DNA of 64,000 bases from an uncultured Methylomirabilota bacterium (lineage in GTDB: Bacteria > Methylomirabilota > Methylomirabilia > Methylomirabilales > 2-02-FULL-66-22): positions 928,001 through 992,000 of the forward strand of contig OY970067.1 of assembly GCA_963705305.1 (NCBI GenBank), read 5' to 3'. Each line of letters begins with the position of its first letter. The stretch's first letter is position 1. A program made the position numbers and the translations under genes. Below the pieces are notes generated by a model. That model saw only the letters and a list, made by a program, of their open reading frames with translations. It was not told the DNA's origin and ran no database searches. Positions 8,828-17,614 of the stretch are shown one piece after another.

Positions 8828-9862
8828 ATGGATTTCTCGAGAGCTTCGTTTGATAGACACAAGCACGTTTTTGTGTCGCTAAATGATCATTGCAACAGGC
8901 GATGCACCTATTGTTACCTGACTGAGGAATCACTATCTCGCTCGAAGCCGGTTGACGCGTCGGCGTTAATCCGTGGTCTGACTCGTCTATATAAAGAGCA
9001 TGAGTTTAGGCTCGTCACAATCGCTGGTGGCGAGCCCGGCCTCGTGTCTAACGTCTCGACGGTGGTTGAGGCAATAGCCGATATCGGGTACAGCGTCATT
9101 ATTAACACGAATGGCACGTTGGGCCCTAAAGGTATTCGTGAGATTCGGAAGTGCAACATAAAGGCAATATCCTTCAGCCTTGATAGTTGTGATAGAGGCG
9201 TCAACGACCGGCTGCGTTTCTCTGGCAGCTGGGACCTGGTTCAGAAAGGCGTGCTGCGTTGCAAGGAGGAAGGAATTCCGGTACGAATCTCGGCTGTGGT
9301 GTGCACGCTGAATCAGCACGAGGTGTCTCGCCTGTTCGAGTGGTGTAACGCCGTGGGTGTTGAGGTGTTGAACATCCACGAGTTGGACATTTCGGTAGAT
9401 CCGCAGTTTCTCGGGCCACTGAAACTGTCGCCGGCTGATTGGCGAGAGTTGGTGCGCAAGCTAGTGGTTGAGTTACGCGACAAACAAAGTTACACCGCGC
9501 TGAGAATGCCGATTTCGTACCTTACAGAGTTGGAGTCGAAGCGCATCGCTGAACATCAGCTGTCATGTCCCGCGACACACAACGACACGTTGTGCGTGTC
9601 GCCACATCTGTCGACGTATCGGTGTCCCTTGCTGATAAATCGGCGCAAAGTATCGTACAAGGAGCTCGACGATGCATTGGAGACGGAGCCATTGGACGGA
9701 TTGGAAGCGAACTATGGCTCCGCGCGCTGTCCGTTGTCCGGAGCGGGAGGCGGCGATGCACCTGGGCTGATCGATGCGTGCAAGTTGGTAAAAGTGACAA
9801 TCAACCGAGCCGGCGGTGCTTCGAATACACCGATGTGGGCTGACATCCTAGGACAGTTCTAG
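8828..9862 (+). CDS. Radical SAM protein with Cys-rich C-terminal (twitch/SPASM-like) extension
   Basis: CNRRCTYC, AGGEP, NTNG, SLDS; C-terminal C..C..YRC..CP..C. Confidence 0.9.
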   Translation: MDFSRASFDRHKHVFVSLNDHCNRRCTYCYLTEESLSRSKPVDASALIRGLTRLYKEHEFRLVTIAGGEPGLVSNVSTVVEAIADIGYSVIINTNGTLGPKGIREIRKCNIKAISFSLDSCDRGVNDRLRFSGSWDLVQKGVLRCKEEGIPVRISAVVCTLNQHEVSRLFEWCNAVGVEVLNIHELDISVDPQFLGPLKLSPADWRELVRKLVVELRDKQSYTALRMPISYLTELESKRIAEHQLSCPATHNDTLCVSPHLSTYRCPLLINRRKVSYKELDDALETEPLDGLEANYGSARCPLSGAGGGDAPGLIDACKLVKVTINRAGGASNTPMWADILGQF

Positions 9863-10032
9863 GGTGCGTCTTGCCCGAATAGTTCTCCGACAGCAGCTCG
9901 CAGTGTGTTACCTGGATCCGTGTTCGCGCGCACCGAGGCGCCTACCCCGTGCGTCCAGCGCTCGGGAGACCTCATCGACCGCGTCGAGCACGTTCTGCGC
10001 GAAATCAGTAATCCGGGACGTTGCCAAGCAAT

Positions 10033-10611
10033 TCACGGAGCGGCCGTGAGCAGTCGCTCCCACCGCGCGCGCTCCACGCGGCCGCGCGCTACCGCCTGGG
10101 ACACCGCCTGGGGGGAGACCCCGAGGACGGGAGCCCGGGGCCCCGCGGGGTGCCCGCCCACCGCCACCCAGCGGGAGGCGATGCCGGCCCGGGCGCGCGC
10201 CACCGCGCCGGGGCCCCCCCGCCAGGGCAGCCCGCCCCAGACCGCCCTGGCGGCAGCCCCGGGCCGTGCGGGGCGCCCCCCGGAGGGCGGGTCTGCGGAC
10301 CGGGGCGGCCGACGCCCCCGCCGGCTGCCGCTGCGCCGCAAACGCCGCCCGGCCGCGGATCCGCGCATCCCCGCGATCCGCCGCGCGCGGGCGGGGGCCG
10401 CACTGCCCAAGGCTGGTCCGCGTGTCTCGCCAGGCCCGGGGGCCCGTTCCCCCGAGCGCGCTGTGGCCGGTCCAGGGGCAGCGGGCGAGCGTCCGGAGCG
10501 CGGGCACGCCGTTCGCGCGGCGCGGGTGGAGGTGCAGGTAGCGGACGCGGTCCCGGAGGGAGGGCGCCGCCGCCACCACGAAGGACGTGTCGCGGTTCTG
10601 GGGAACGCCCG
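10033..10611 (-). pseudogene. C-terminal remnant of a REP-associated tyrosine transposase (RAYT, Y1 HUH)
   Basis: VRYLHLHPRRA..PWTGHSAL matches the RAYT YLHLNPLRA region seen at 17970-18000; frameshifted and heavily substituted. Confidence 0.8.
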
Positions 10612-10658
10612 ATGATTATAAAGGCTGTGTTCGGAGGACGAAACCCTGTGGGGCCAAC

Positions 10659-11723
10659 CTAATTATGAGCGATTTCTTTGAGGGAAATGGGTAACACTCT
10701 GTGGTTCTGAGTGATGCTTATGACCCCGTGTTTTTGTAACCAGGCTTCCACCGCCAGCCGCCGGGCCGTTCCGGCGTGACGGGGGGTGCAATCCGTCTGG
10801 GCCTCCATGAGCGTCCGGGTCAGGGCATTGATCTCCTCGAAGACCTCCCGTCGCTTGCGGCGAGTATACGCCTTCAGGGCTGGCCTGGCATCCTGAAACA
10901 CCCGGCAGGCCACGTCCCCCTGGAGAGAGCGACGGCGGCGATGGTTCAGGTCATGCGCCAAGAGGGCCGCCCAGCTCTGCACTTGGGACTCCGGGATCGG
11001 ACCGCTGGCGCGGAGCTTCGCCACCAGCGGCGTCTTGAGTTCCCGCACCGCGCGTTCCATCCCGCCGGTGTCGGGCGGATAATGCGGGGGCGAGTTGAGT
11101 GGCAGGACCCCGTACCGGGCCAGCACCTCCTCGACCGCGTGCTGATTGAGATTGCCCCCGTTGTCCCGCTTGAGCACGAGCGGCGGGCCATGCTGCACGA
11201 AGAGCTGTTCCAGGCGAAGCGCCACGGTCTCTCCTAAGATCCGCTCCCCCACCCAGGGGGGGAACTTGTAGCGCGAGGCGAGATCCTGCACCTGCTGGAG
11301 GCGCAGGAGAGGCGAACTCCCTCGCGCCAGTTCCGCGTCGTCCAGGGACCAGACCAAGCCGGGTACGTGCCAGGTGATGTGGCGGCAGGCGGCCTGGCGC
11401 TGCTGGGCCCGCTGCCGCCGCAGCGTCGCGGTCAGCGCCTGCAGCGTGCGGCGGGAGACCTGCGGGTGGAACTGCCGGTACACCGCCCCGACGCCTCGGC
11501 TGCGCCGGCGGCCGTGGTGCAGGCGGGCTACCTCCCCGCGCAGCTCCTCGAGGGTCAGGGGGGCCACCTTCTTGGGCCCTGGCCGGAGCCGGGCGGGCTG
11601 GCCGCGCTCCAGGCGCTGCTTCCACCGCCGGAAGGTCCTATAGGGCACCCCCAGGACCCGGCAGAGGCGCTCGTAGGGCCAGCGCACGTCGTGCTTCAGC
11701 TGGGTGAAGGTCGGGATCAGCAT
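10659..11723 (-). CDS. DDE integrase-core transposase (second catalytic gene), possibly fused to the upstream ORF by slippage
   Basis: VWSLDD, LKRDNG, GGMER, LNHRRRRSL. Confidence 0.8.
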   Translation of the reverse strand: MLIPTFTQLKHDVRWPYERLCRVLGVPYRTFRRWKQRLERGQPARLRPGPKKVAPLTLEELRGEVARLHHGRRRSRGVGAVYRQFHPQVSRRTLQALTATLRRQRAQQRQAACRHITWHVPGLVWSLDDAELARGSSPLLRLQQVQDLASRYKFPPWVGERILGETVALRLEQLFVQHGPPLVLKRDNGGNLNQHAVEEVLARYGVLPLNSPPHYPPDTGGMERAVRELKTPLVAKLRASGPIPESQVQSWAALLAHDLNHRRRRSLQGDVACRVFQDARPALKAYTRRKRREVFEEINALTRTLMEAQTDCTPRHAGTARRLAVEAWLQKHGVISITQNHRVLPISLKEIAHN

Positions 11724-11733
11724 CGCGGCCACC

Positions 11734-12069
11734 TCAGGGGTTTTTTTTATCCGGCTGCGCGAGCACCTGCCGGAGCCGCTCCGTCTGCTGCAGGACGGTG
11801 AGCTGGGCCTGCAGCTCCTGGGTCTGGCGTCGGAGGGCCGCCTTCTCCAGGTCGTGCGGCTGCGCCGACCGCCCCTGGCCCCGGTTGCCCAGGGCCGCGA
11901 CCATCGCCGCCAGGGCCCGGCGCTCCCACTTGGAGTCCGTCTTGCGGGAGACCCCCAGCTGCCGGGCGGCTTCCTGGGCACTCACCACCCCGCTCCGCGC
12001 CTGCATGATCAGCTGCGCCCGTTGCCGGGCCAGGGCTTGCTGGTGGGGACTGGCCGTCGGCTCGCGCAT
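11734..12069 (-). CDS. HTH protein ending in an A8 tract
   Basis: SAQEAARQLGVSRKT..KWE; ends GAT AAA AAA AAC CCC TGA. Confidence 0.75.
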   Translation of the reverse strand: MREPTASPHQQALARQRAQLIMQARSGVVSAQEAARQLGVSRKTDSKWERRALAAMVAALGNRGQGRSAQPHDLEKAALRRQTQELQAQLTVLQQTERLRQVLAQPDKKNP

Positions 12070-13633
12070 CGCGTCCTCCCGCCCCGCGGGCCTTCTCTAC
12101 TTGGTGGGCGGCGGTGGGGCTTTCGATTCCTGGAGCTTGGTGAGCCGCTGCTCCAGTCGGGCCAGGCGGCTCTGCTGCTGCAGGGCTTGCCGCGCGAGCA
12201 GGCGCTCCAGCTTCGGGCTCAGCGCGGGGCCCGGGTCGCGGCGCGTCGGCGCCGCCAGCGCCTGGAGCATCGCTGCTAGCGCCCGCTGTTCCCACTGGGC
12301 GAGCACCTTCGGGCTGATCGCCAGCTCCTGGCAGACCTCCCCCGGGCGCCGCCGCTCGGTCCAGAGCGACAGCACCGCCTGCACGCGCTGCTGGGCATTG
12401 TATCGCAGCGGGTCCGGTTTGGCTGGGATTTCCGTGCTCACGGGCCCCTCCTTCCAGGTCGTAGGTCACCTCCTGCTGTGGTCGCGATTCCTCGCCATCG
12501 ACGAGCATCTTCACGCGGCCCTTCTCCGCCCGGATCACCACCGACTGCTCGCCCAGCCGGCCCACCATGTAGAAGGGGCTCTGGGGCTGCCCGCGGAGCG
12601 CGAGCTCGAGCACGTTCTCCTGGATGCCCCGCTCGATCACCTGCCGGAGCTCCTGGGCGATGCCGAAGAAGCGATCCGCCGGGCAGAGCCCCTCCAGGGC
12701 CTGGTGGGGCCGCCGGTGGTTGTCGTGCGTCCCCCAGAGCCGGATCCGCTCGCCGGCCGCCTCGAAGCTCTCGAACTGGGCGCGCGCCAGGAACTCCTCC
12801 CAGATCGTCTTCCAGAAGCGCTCCAGCTTGCCCAGGGTCATGGGGTGGTGCGGGCGGCTCTTGATGTGGTGCACCCGATCCTTCCGGAGCTCCGCCTCGA
12901 ACCGGGTGGTCCCGCGCCAGCTGGAGAACTGCCGGCCCTGGTCGGAGAGCAGCTCCTTGGGGACCCCGTACTCCGCCACCGCCCGGCGGTACACTTCCAG
13001 GACGTGCTCCGCCGTCTGGCTGCGGAAGACGTCCAGCCCCACCACGTAGCGGGAGTGGTCGTCGAGGAAGCCGATCAGGTAAGCGTTCTTGCCGCCCAGG
13101 CGGAAGGTGAAGATGTCGGTCTGCCAGAGCTGGTTCGGCGTGGCGCGCTCGAAGAAGCGCGGTCGGGCCGGGTTCCGCTGGGGTTTGGGGCGTGGCTTCT
13201 TGAGGAGCTGGTGCGCGTGCAGGGTGCGGCGCACCGTCTCCCGGCTCACCGGCAGGCACAGCACGCGCCGCAGGAACTGGCTGATCTTCTGGATCCCCGC
13301 CTCGGGGTGGCGCCGCTTGAGGGCGACGACCTCCGCCTTCACCGCCGGGGCCACTTTCGGGCGCTGCCGGTGCGGCCGTGTCGGCTTCGCCTGCAGGCCC
13401 GCTTCCCCCTCGGCGCGATACCGGCGCACCCACGCCCCGAGCGTACTGAAGCCGACGCCGAGTTCGCGGGCGACCTGCTTGGGGGGGAACCCTTCCTCCA
13501 GGCAGAGCTGCACCGCTTTGCGCCGGACCTCGAACGGGTGGACGTGGGGGTGCGCCCCACCCGCCCGCCGCGTTGCCTTCCGCGGCCCCCGGCTCTGCTT
13601 CCGCCTCCCTCCTGCCTTGCCGATCCTCTCCAT
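11747..13633 (-). CDS. IS481-like DDE transposase; low-complexity C-terminal tail overlaps the two small ORFs
   Basis: HTH (VARELGVG), FERATPNQLWQTD, LDDHSRY, LLSDQGRQF, GKLERFW, NHRRPHQAL; AAAGGAG upstream. Confidence 0.9.
   Translation of the reverse strand: MERIGKAGGRRKQSRGPRKATRRAGGAHPHVHPFEVRRKAVQLCLEEGFPPKQVARELGVGFSTLGAWVRRYRAEGEAGLQAKPTRPHRQRPKVAPAVKAEVVALKRRHPEAGIQKISQFLRRVLCLPVSRETVRRTLHAHQLLKKPRPKPQRNPARPRFFERATPNQLWQTDIFTFRLGGKNAYLIGFLDDHSRYVVGLDVFRSQTAEHVLEVYRRAVAEYGVPKELLSDQGRQFSSWRGTTRFEAELRKDRVHHIKSRPHHPMTLGKLERFWKTIWEEFLARAQFESFEAAGERIRLWGTHDNHRRPHQALEGLCPADRFFGIAQELRQVIERGIQENVLELALRGQPQSPFYMVGRLGEQSVVIRAEKGRVKMLVDGEESRPQQEVTYDLEGGAREHGNPSQTGPAAIQCPAARAGGAVALDRAAAPGGGLPGAGDQPEGARPVGTAGASSDAPGAGGADAPRPGPRAEPEAGAPARAASPAAAEPPGPTGAAAHQAPGIESPTAAHQVEKARGAGGRDARADGQSPPASPGPATGAADHAGAERGGECPGSRPAAGGLPQDGLQVGAPGPGGDGRGPGQPGPGAVGAAARPGEGGPPTPDPGAAGPAHRPAADGAAPAGARAAG
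12097..12441 (-). CDS. Small HTH/coiled-coil accessory protein
   Basis: YNAQQRVQAVLSLW...EVCQELAIS..VLAQW; GGAGG upstream. Confidence 0.65.
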   Translation of the reverse strand: MSTEIPAKPDPLRYNAQQRVQAVLSLWTERRRPGEVCQELAISPKVLAQWEQRALAAMLQALAAPTRRDPGPALSPKLERLLARQALQQQSRLARLEQRLTKLQESKAPPPPTK

Positions 13634-13904
13634 GGGTCACACTCCTTTCGGTTCCCCCGGGGAACCTCGGTGTCGGAGTGTCACCCATTTTCCTCACGGA
13701 CTTTTGCTCATGATCTGGTCGTTAGCCCACTTATCAATTATTGGAGTGCACCGAAATTTTGCTCCGCTTGACCTTGTTCAAGATTCTTGAAGACCCAGCC
13801 CTTATGAATGCCTTCCGCGACTCTGATCGACTTGATAAGTATTTCTGCGGCTAACATGCATGGCGGGGATGCTTTACGAACTGCGGGTCAGGCAAAGCCT
13901 CCCA

Positions 13905-14000
13905 ACATTCATACCAGCCAAATCCTCTCCTCCCAGTGCGGGTGCGCAGATTCGCCCTGTCCGGGGAGCCGCGCCGGACTCGAACGGGGCACCCCATCAG
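13905..14000 (-). repeat. tRNA-3'-like repeat; uninterrupted paralog of the site split by the IS at 33368-34799
   Basis: Minus strand GTTCGAGTCC..GGCTCCCCGGACAGGGCGAATCTG.......GCACTGGGAGGAGAGGATTT matches 33329-33367 joined to 34804-34823. Confidence 0.8.
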
Positions 14001-14378
14001 GCGGATAGCCAGGAATACCCTCCGAATTTCCGCCCGCGCCCCCTCTATAGGGCCGGGGGGAAATTAAAAATCGCTATGGCCTGAACCCAGCCGCTTCTGG
14101 CGCTGGCGTTAGGAGCCGGCTTGAGCTAGCATTGCGGGCGGACCAATCAATGGGGCCAGGCCAGTCCCGCCTAGATCGGGCGACCTGAAAGGAATGGCAT
14201 TCTCTGCGAAAACGCCGCAGGAGGCAGAACGGCAGGCGAAAGCATATCTGGAATACTCCAAACCAGTGAATTGATAGAGGATAGGAACCAATAAACCCGA
14301 GGCGGATGCCCAATGAACGGCAGTGAAGGCAGGGGACATGCTCCACACCGATGGGAGGGTGAGGAGGAGGGCAACACA

Positions 14379-15683
14379 ATGACACACGCGGAGTTCTGCG
14401 CATCACGGCGGAAGTTCTTGCAGACGCTGGCCGCCTCGGGGGCCATTGCGGCCAGCGATCTCGCCTGGTGGGAGGCCCCGTTCCTCTCGCCCCGCAAGGC
14501 CTCAGCCGCGTCCCCCGTGCGGTTCCAGTTCAGTGTCCCCGAGCCCCTGCGGATCGCCTTGATCAGCTCGTTGGTTGAGCGCTTCAACAAGTCCCAGTCG
14601 GAATTCGAGGTGCAGGTGGAGTTCGTCCCTCAAGCGCAGGCGCGGCAGCATCTCATCACCGCCATCGCCGCCGGAAACCCGCCGGACTGTACCATGATGT
14701 GGGACTTCTGGCTTGGCCAGTTCAACGGCATGGGCGCCGTGGAGGATCTCACGGACCGGATGAAGACGTGGAAGTTCTACGCCACCACCGTGCCCACGGC
14801 GTGGCAGTGCGTCACGGAGCGGGGGAGGATCATCTCCTTCCCGCTGGGCCTCACCAACGACGCGATCTTCGTCCGCACGGACCGGATCAAGGAGTACGGT
14901 CTCAAGATGCCTACTCCCGACTGGACCTGGGACGACTTCCTCACCCTTGCCAAGGGCCTCACCAAGCCAGAGCGGAACGAGTACGGCTTCGGGATGCGTG
15001 GGGCCGGCAGCTGGGCCGTCCTGTACGCCACCGAGTTCATGTACGGCAACGGCGCCCAGGTCCTGAAGGATGGCAAGGTCGCCATCAACTCGCCGGAGGC
15101 GGTGGCGGCGTTCGAATGGTACATCGACCTCATCCGGAAGTGGAAGGTCACGCCGCCCAGCGCTCCCACCGACGGCTACCGCCAGATGGTCGAGGCGTTC
15201 GGCCGCGGCGTGACCAGCATGTACCTCCACAACTGCGCCTCGATCGAAGAGCAAAAGAAATTCGTGGGCGAGGCGAACTTCGCGACGCTGCCCAGTCCGA
15301 TCGGTCCGGCCAAGAAGCGCGCGAGCTTTTTCTCCGCCGAGACCCTGACCATGTTCAAGGCGGCGAAGAACAAGGAGGGGGCCTGGAAGTTCATGACCTG
15401 GATGATGGACGACGAGCAGCACTACGAGTATTGCAAGACCCTCGGCTCGCTCCCCACCCGGCAGAATCTCACCGACCGTCCACCCTTCAACGGGGCGCCG
15501 TACGCGGGCTTCATCAAGTCCTTCCCCTTTTCGATCGTCGTCCCCTACCTGGTCTACCCGGGGTGGGGCGGCAAGCTCGACTCGGACGGGGTGCCCCTGT
15601 TCCAGCAGGCGATGGTCGGCCAGCTCGGACCGAAGGAATGTCTGGACAAGTTTGCCGACATGCTGACGAAGAACATGATGTGA
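14379..15683 (+). CDS. Sugar ABC-transporter substrate-binding protein, Tat-exported (orphan)
   Basis: SRRKFL Tat motif; AGNPPD, WTWDDFL..AK.LT, AWKFMTWM; GAGGAGG RBS. Confidence 0.9.
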   Translation: MTHAEFCASRRKFLQTLAASGAIAASDLAWWEAPFLSPRKASAASPVRFQFSVPEPLRIALISSLVERFNKSQSEFEVQVEFVPQAQARQHLITAIAAGNPPDCTMMWDFWLGQFNGMGAVEDLTDRMKTWKFYATTVPTAWQCVTERGRIISFPLGLTNDAIFVRTDRIKEYGLKMPTPDWTWDDFLTLAKGLTKPERNEYGFGMRGAGSWAVLYATEFMYGNGAQVLKDGKVAINSPEAVAAFEWYIDLIRKWKVTPPSAPTDGYRQMVEAFGRGVTSMYLHNCASIEEQKKFVGEANFATLPSPIGPAKKRASFFSAETLTMFKAAKNKEGAWKFMTWMMDDEQHYEYCKTLGSLPTRQNLTDRPPFNGAPYAGFIKSFPFSIVVPYLVYPGWGGKLDSDGVPLFQQAMVGQLGPKECLDKFADMLTKNMM

Positions 15684-15708
15684 GGCGCCGCCTCATTGCC
15701 CAGCAGGT

Positions 15709-15744
15709 GGCCCCGGGATCTCCCCGCATCGGGGACCCGGGGCC
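15709..15744 (+). terminator. GC-rich hairpin after the SBP gene
   Basis: GGCCCCGGG..TCCCCG-CAT-CGGGGA.CCCGGGGCC; no clear U tract. Confidence 0.5.
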
Positions 15745-15776
15745 GTACCTTCCTCGGTATTCTTGACGAAGTCTCG

Positions 15777-15862
15777 CACGCGGAAATCCTCGGCCTGACC
15801 TACCAGGCTTTGGTGGGCGTCCTCGGCGCCGCACCCCTCCTGTATCGGCAGCCCCCATGTTA
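15777..15862 (+). repeat. Dispersed repeat, copy 2 (paralog of 1-85)
   Basis: Direct alignment to 1-85. Confidence 0.9.
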
Positions 15863-16021
15863 ATGGACCGGGGGGCGTTTGCGGTTGACAGCCCGTGCGT
15901 CCGGTGTGTCCCGTCCCACCGCCGCAGTTTCCGAGCGGGCGGCCCGACGGCCGGAGATTCGCCGCGCGACGTTGGCTCAGGTTGCCCGATCGCCGCTCGG
16001 CCCTGGTCTGGATACCCCCGA

Positions 16022-16078
16022 TTCTCGGACCGGACCTCCCTCCTCCCTGGTCGTGTATCCGTAGCTTCCCCGTGTTAC
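16022..16078 (+). repeat. Dispersed repeat; inverted paralog at 36008-36063
   Basis: TTCTCGGACCGGACCTCCC.CCTCCC.GGTC.TGTATCCGTAGC..CCCCGTGTTAC. Confidence 0.85.
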
Positions 16079-16867
16079 CGAGACGGCGGGTCCGGCTTTC
16101 AAAGTTAGAGCGGGCACCCGCTGTTGCCAACGATCGCTTCCAGTGATACTGTTTAAACATGATACGCCTCTTCCACATCGAAGCACAAATCCCGCTCTGT
16201 GGTGACGCGTCCCAAGACCATACGCCTTCCCGCCAAGTTATCTGACTGCAGGTGGTCACCCTCGCCTGGATGCTGGTCGAGTGCGGCATCGCCCTGGTCT
16301 CGGCCTGGCGGGTGACCACCCCCGCGACTGGTCCTACGAGCCGTACTTTGACGACCTCCCCGTCCCCGATCTTGTGATGGCATGATCGGAAGGCCCCAGG
16401 GCTGGCCTGTCCGGCCCCACCGCTCGCTGGTGCAGCGCCCCCGTTTATGTTTATCGCCTTGACATCCCGAGCCGGCTGGCGGTAGAGTTCCTACTGTCTG
16501 GGTTTGCTCGCGGTTTCCCACCTCGGTTCGGCCGCCCCCTGGCCGGTCCGTCTCCTTCGGCCTTGACGTCCAGCCGAGGGTGTTTTCCAACTTCCTATCC
16601 GGTCGGGAGAGAAGTCGTTGGGACACCAGAATCTGACTCAGGGCACGCTCTGGGGGGCCTACGTCGAGGACTTCCTCGAAGAGCTCCCGTGAGTGCGCAG
16701 CCCCCGGCCGGGCCGAGGCCTGCCGGCTGCCCGCGCACCCAAGCGCGGCCCAACCGAGGGGAGGTGATGTCCGTCGCGCCGCCGTCCTCAGGCCTCCCGA
16801 ACCTGGGGAACACACGAGGCCGAGAGTGGGGAACCTTGAACCGGCGTGGACACTCAGGGAGGGTGCC

Positions 16868-17251
16868 ATGAAATCGCTGTACAAGTTGGGCCTGGTGCTG
16901 CTCGCAGGCGTTGCAATTGGCGCCGCCGCGGACAAGGGGCTAAACGCGCAGACCAGCCCGCCCGCCTACTACCTCGCCGAGGTCTTCGAAGTGACCAATC
17001 CGGACGAGTTTAAGACCTATGCCGCGGGTGTCGCGGCGACCGTCGAGAAATACGGCGGCCGTATCCTCGTCCGCGGGGGCAAGGCGGATGCGCTCGAAGG
17101 CGATCCCCCCAAGCGTATCATCGTCTTCGCCTTCAAGAGCATGGCAGACGCACACAAGTGGTACGATTCCCCCGAATATTCGGCGATCAGGCCGATCCGT
17201 CAGCACTCGGCGAAGGCGCGCAATTTCATCGTCGAGGGCCTGCCGGAATAA
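16868..17251 (+). CDS. DUF1330-family protein with signal peptide
   Basis: KYGGRILVRGG..LEG...FKSMADAHKWYDSPEY..IRPIR. Confidence 0.9.
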   Translation: MKSLYKLGLVLLAGVAIGAAADKGLNAQTSPPAYYLAEVFEVTNPDEFKTYAAGVAATVEKYGGRILVRGGKADALEGDPPKRIIVFAFKSMADAHKWYDSPEYSAIRPIRQHSAKARNFIVEGLPE

Positions 17252-17614
17252 TGTGAGCTGCGCGCGGGGCCGCGCGTCCTGGGCAAGGGGCCGTGGTCGA
17301 CCTTATAGGCTTATTGCGGGAGGGGCTGAGGCCCGCGGGGTAGGGTCCCCATGCCCCGCGGCTTCCGCTTCGACGCTACCGGCGTCCTCCCCGCCTGGGG
17401 CGGGCAAGCACCACATCATGGTGCGCGGCATCGACCCCTTCTCGACCGGCCCCCAGACGTTCGAGGTCTTCACGCTCACGCGGCCCCCCGGGCCGGGCGG
17501 GCCGGGGCGCAGATCGAGGGCTGGATTCTGGGGATCAGGTGAGGAGGCCACATACCGCGCTCATAATGGGGGACGTTGCATTATCTGTCACATCTTGCTA
17601 TCATCCCCTCCATC

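Larger units (their letters stand above)
10647..13731 (-). mobile_element. 3.1-kb transposable element with two DDE (rve) transposase genes and two small HTH-like ORFs
   Basis: Imperfect terminal IRs TGTGGGGCCAACCTAATTATGAGC (10647-10670) and GCTCATGATCTGGTCGTTAGCCCACT (13706-13731); sharp rise in GC inside. Confidence 0.75.

Noticed and set aside
8828..9862. Prokaryotic viperin
   Set aside because: Only generic radical SAM motifs are present, and the Cys-rich tail fits twitch/SPASM better; this cannot be assigned without a phylogeny.
11798..13771. Long antisense ORFs (also 21032-22780, 38806-40239, 49893-51287, 55691-56968, 61769-63226)
   Set aside because: Shadows of real genes on the opposite strand, expected at high GC; no motifs.
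14085..14113. attC-like GCGTTAGG
   Set aside because: Only an R'-like box, with no matching R'' or L-box palindrome.
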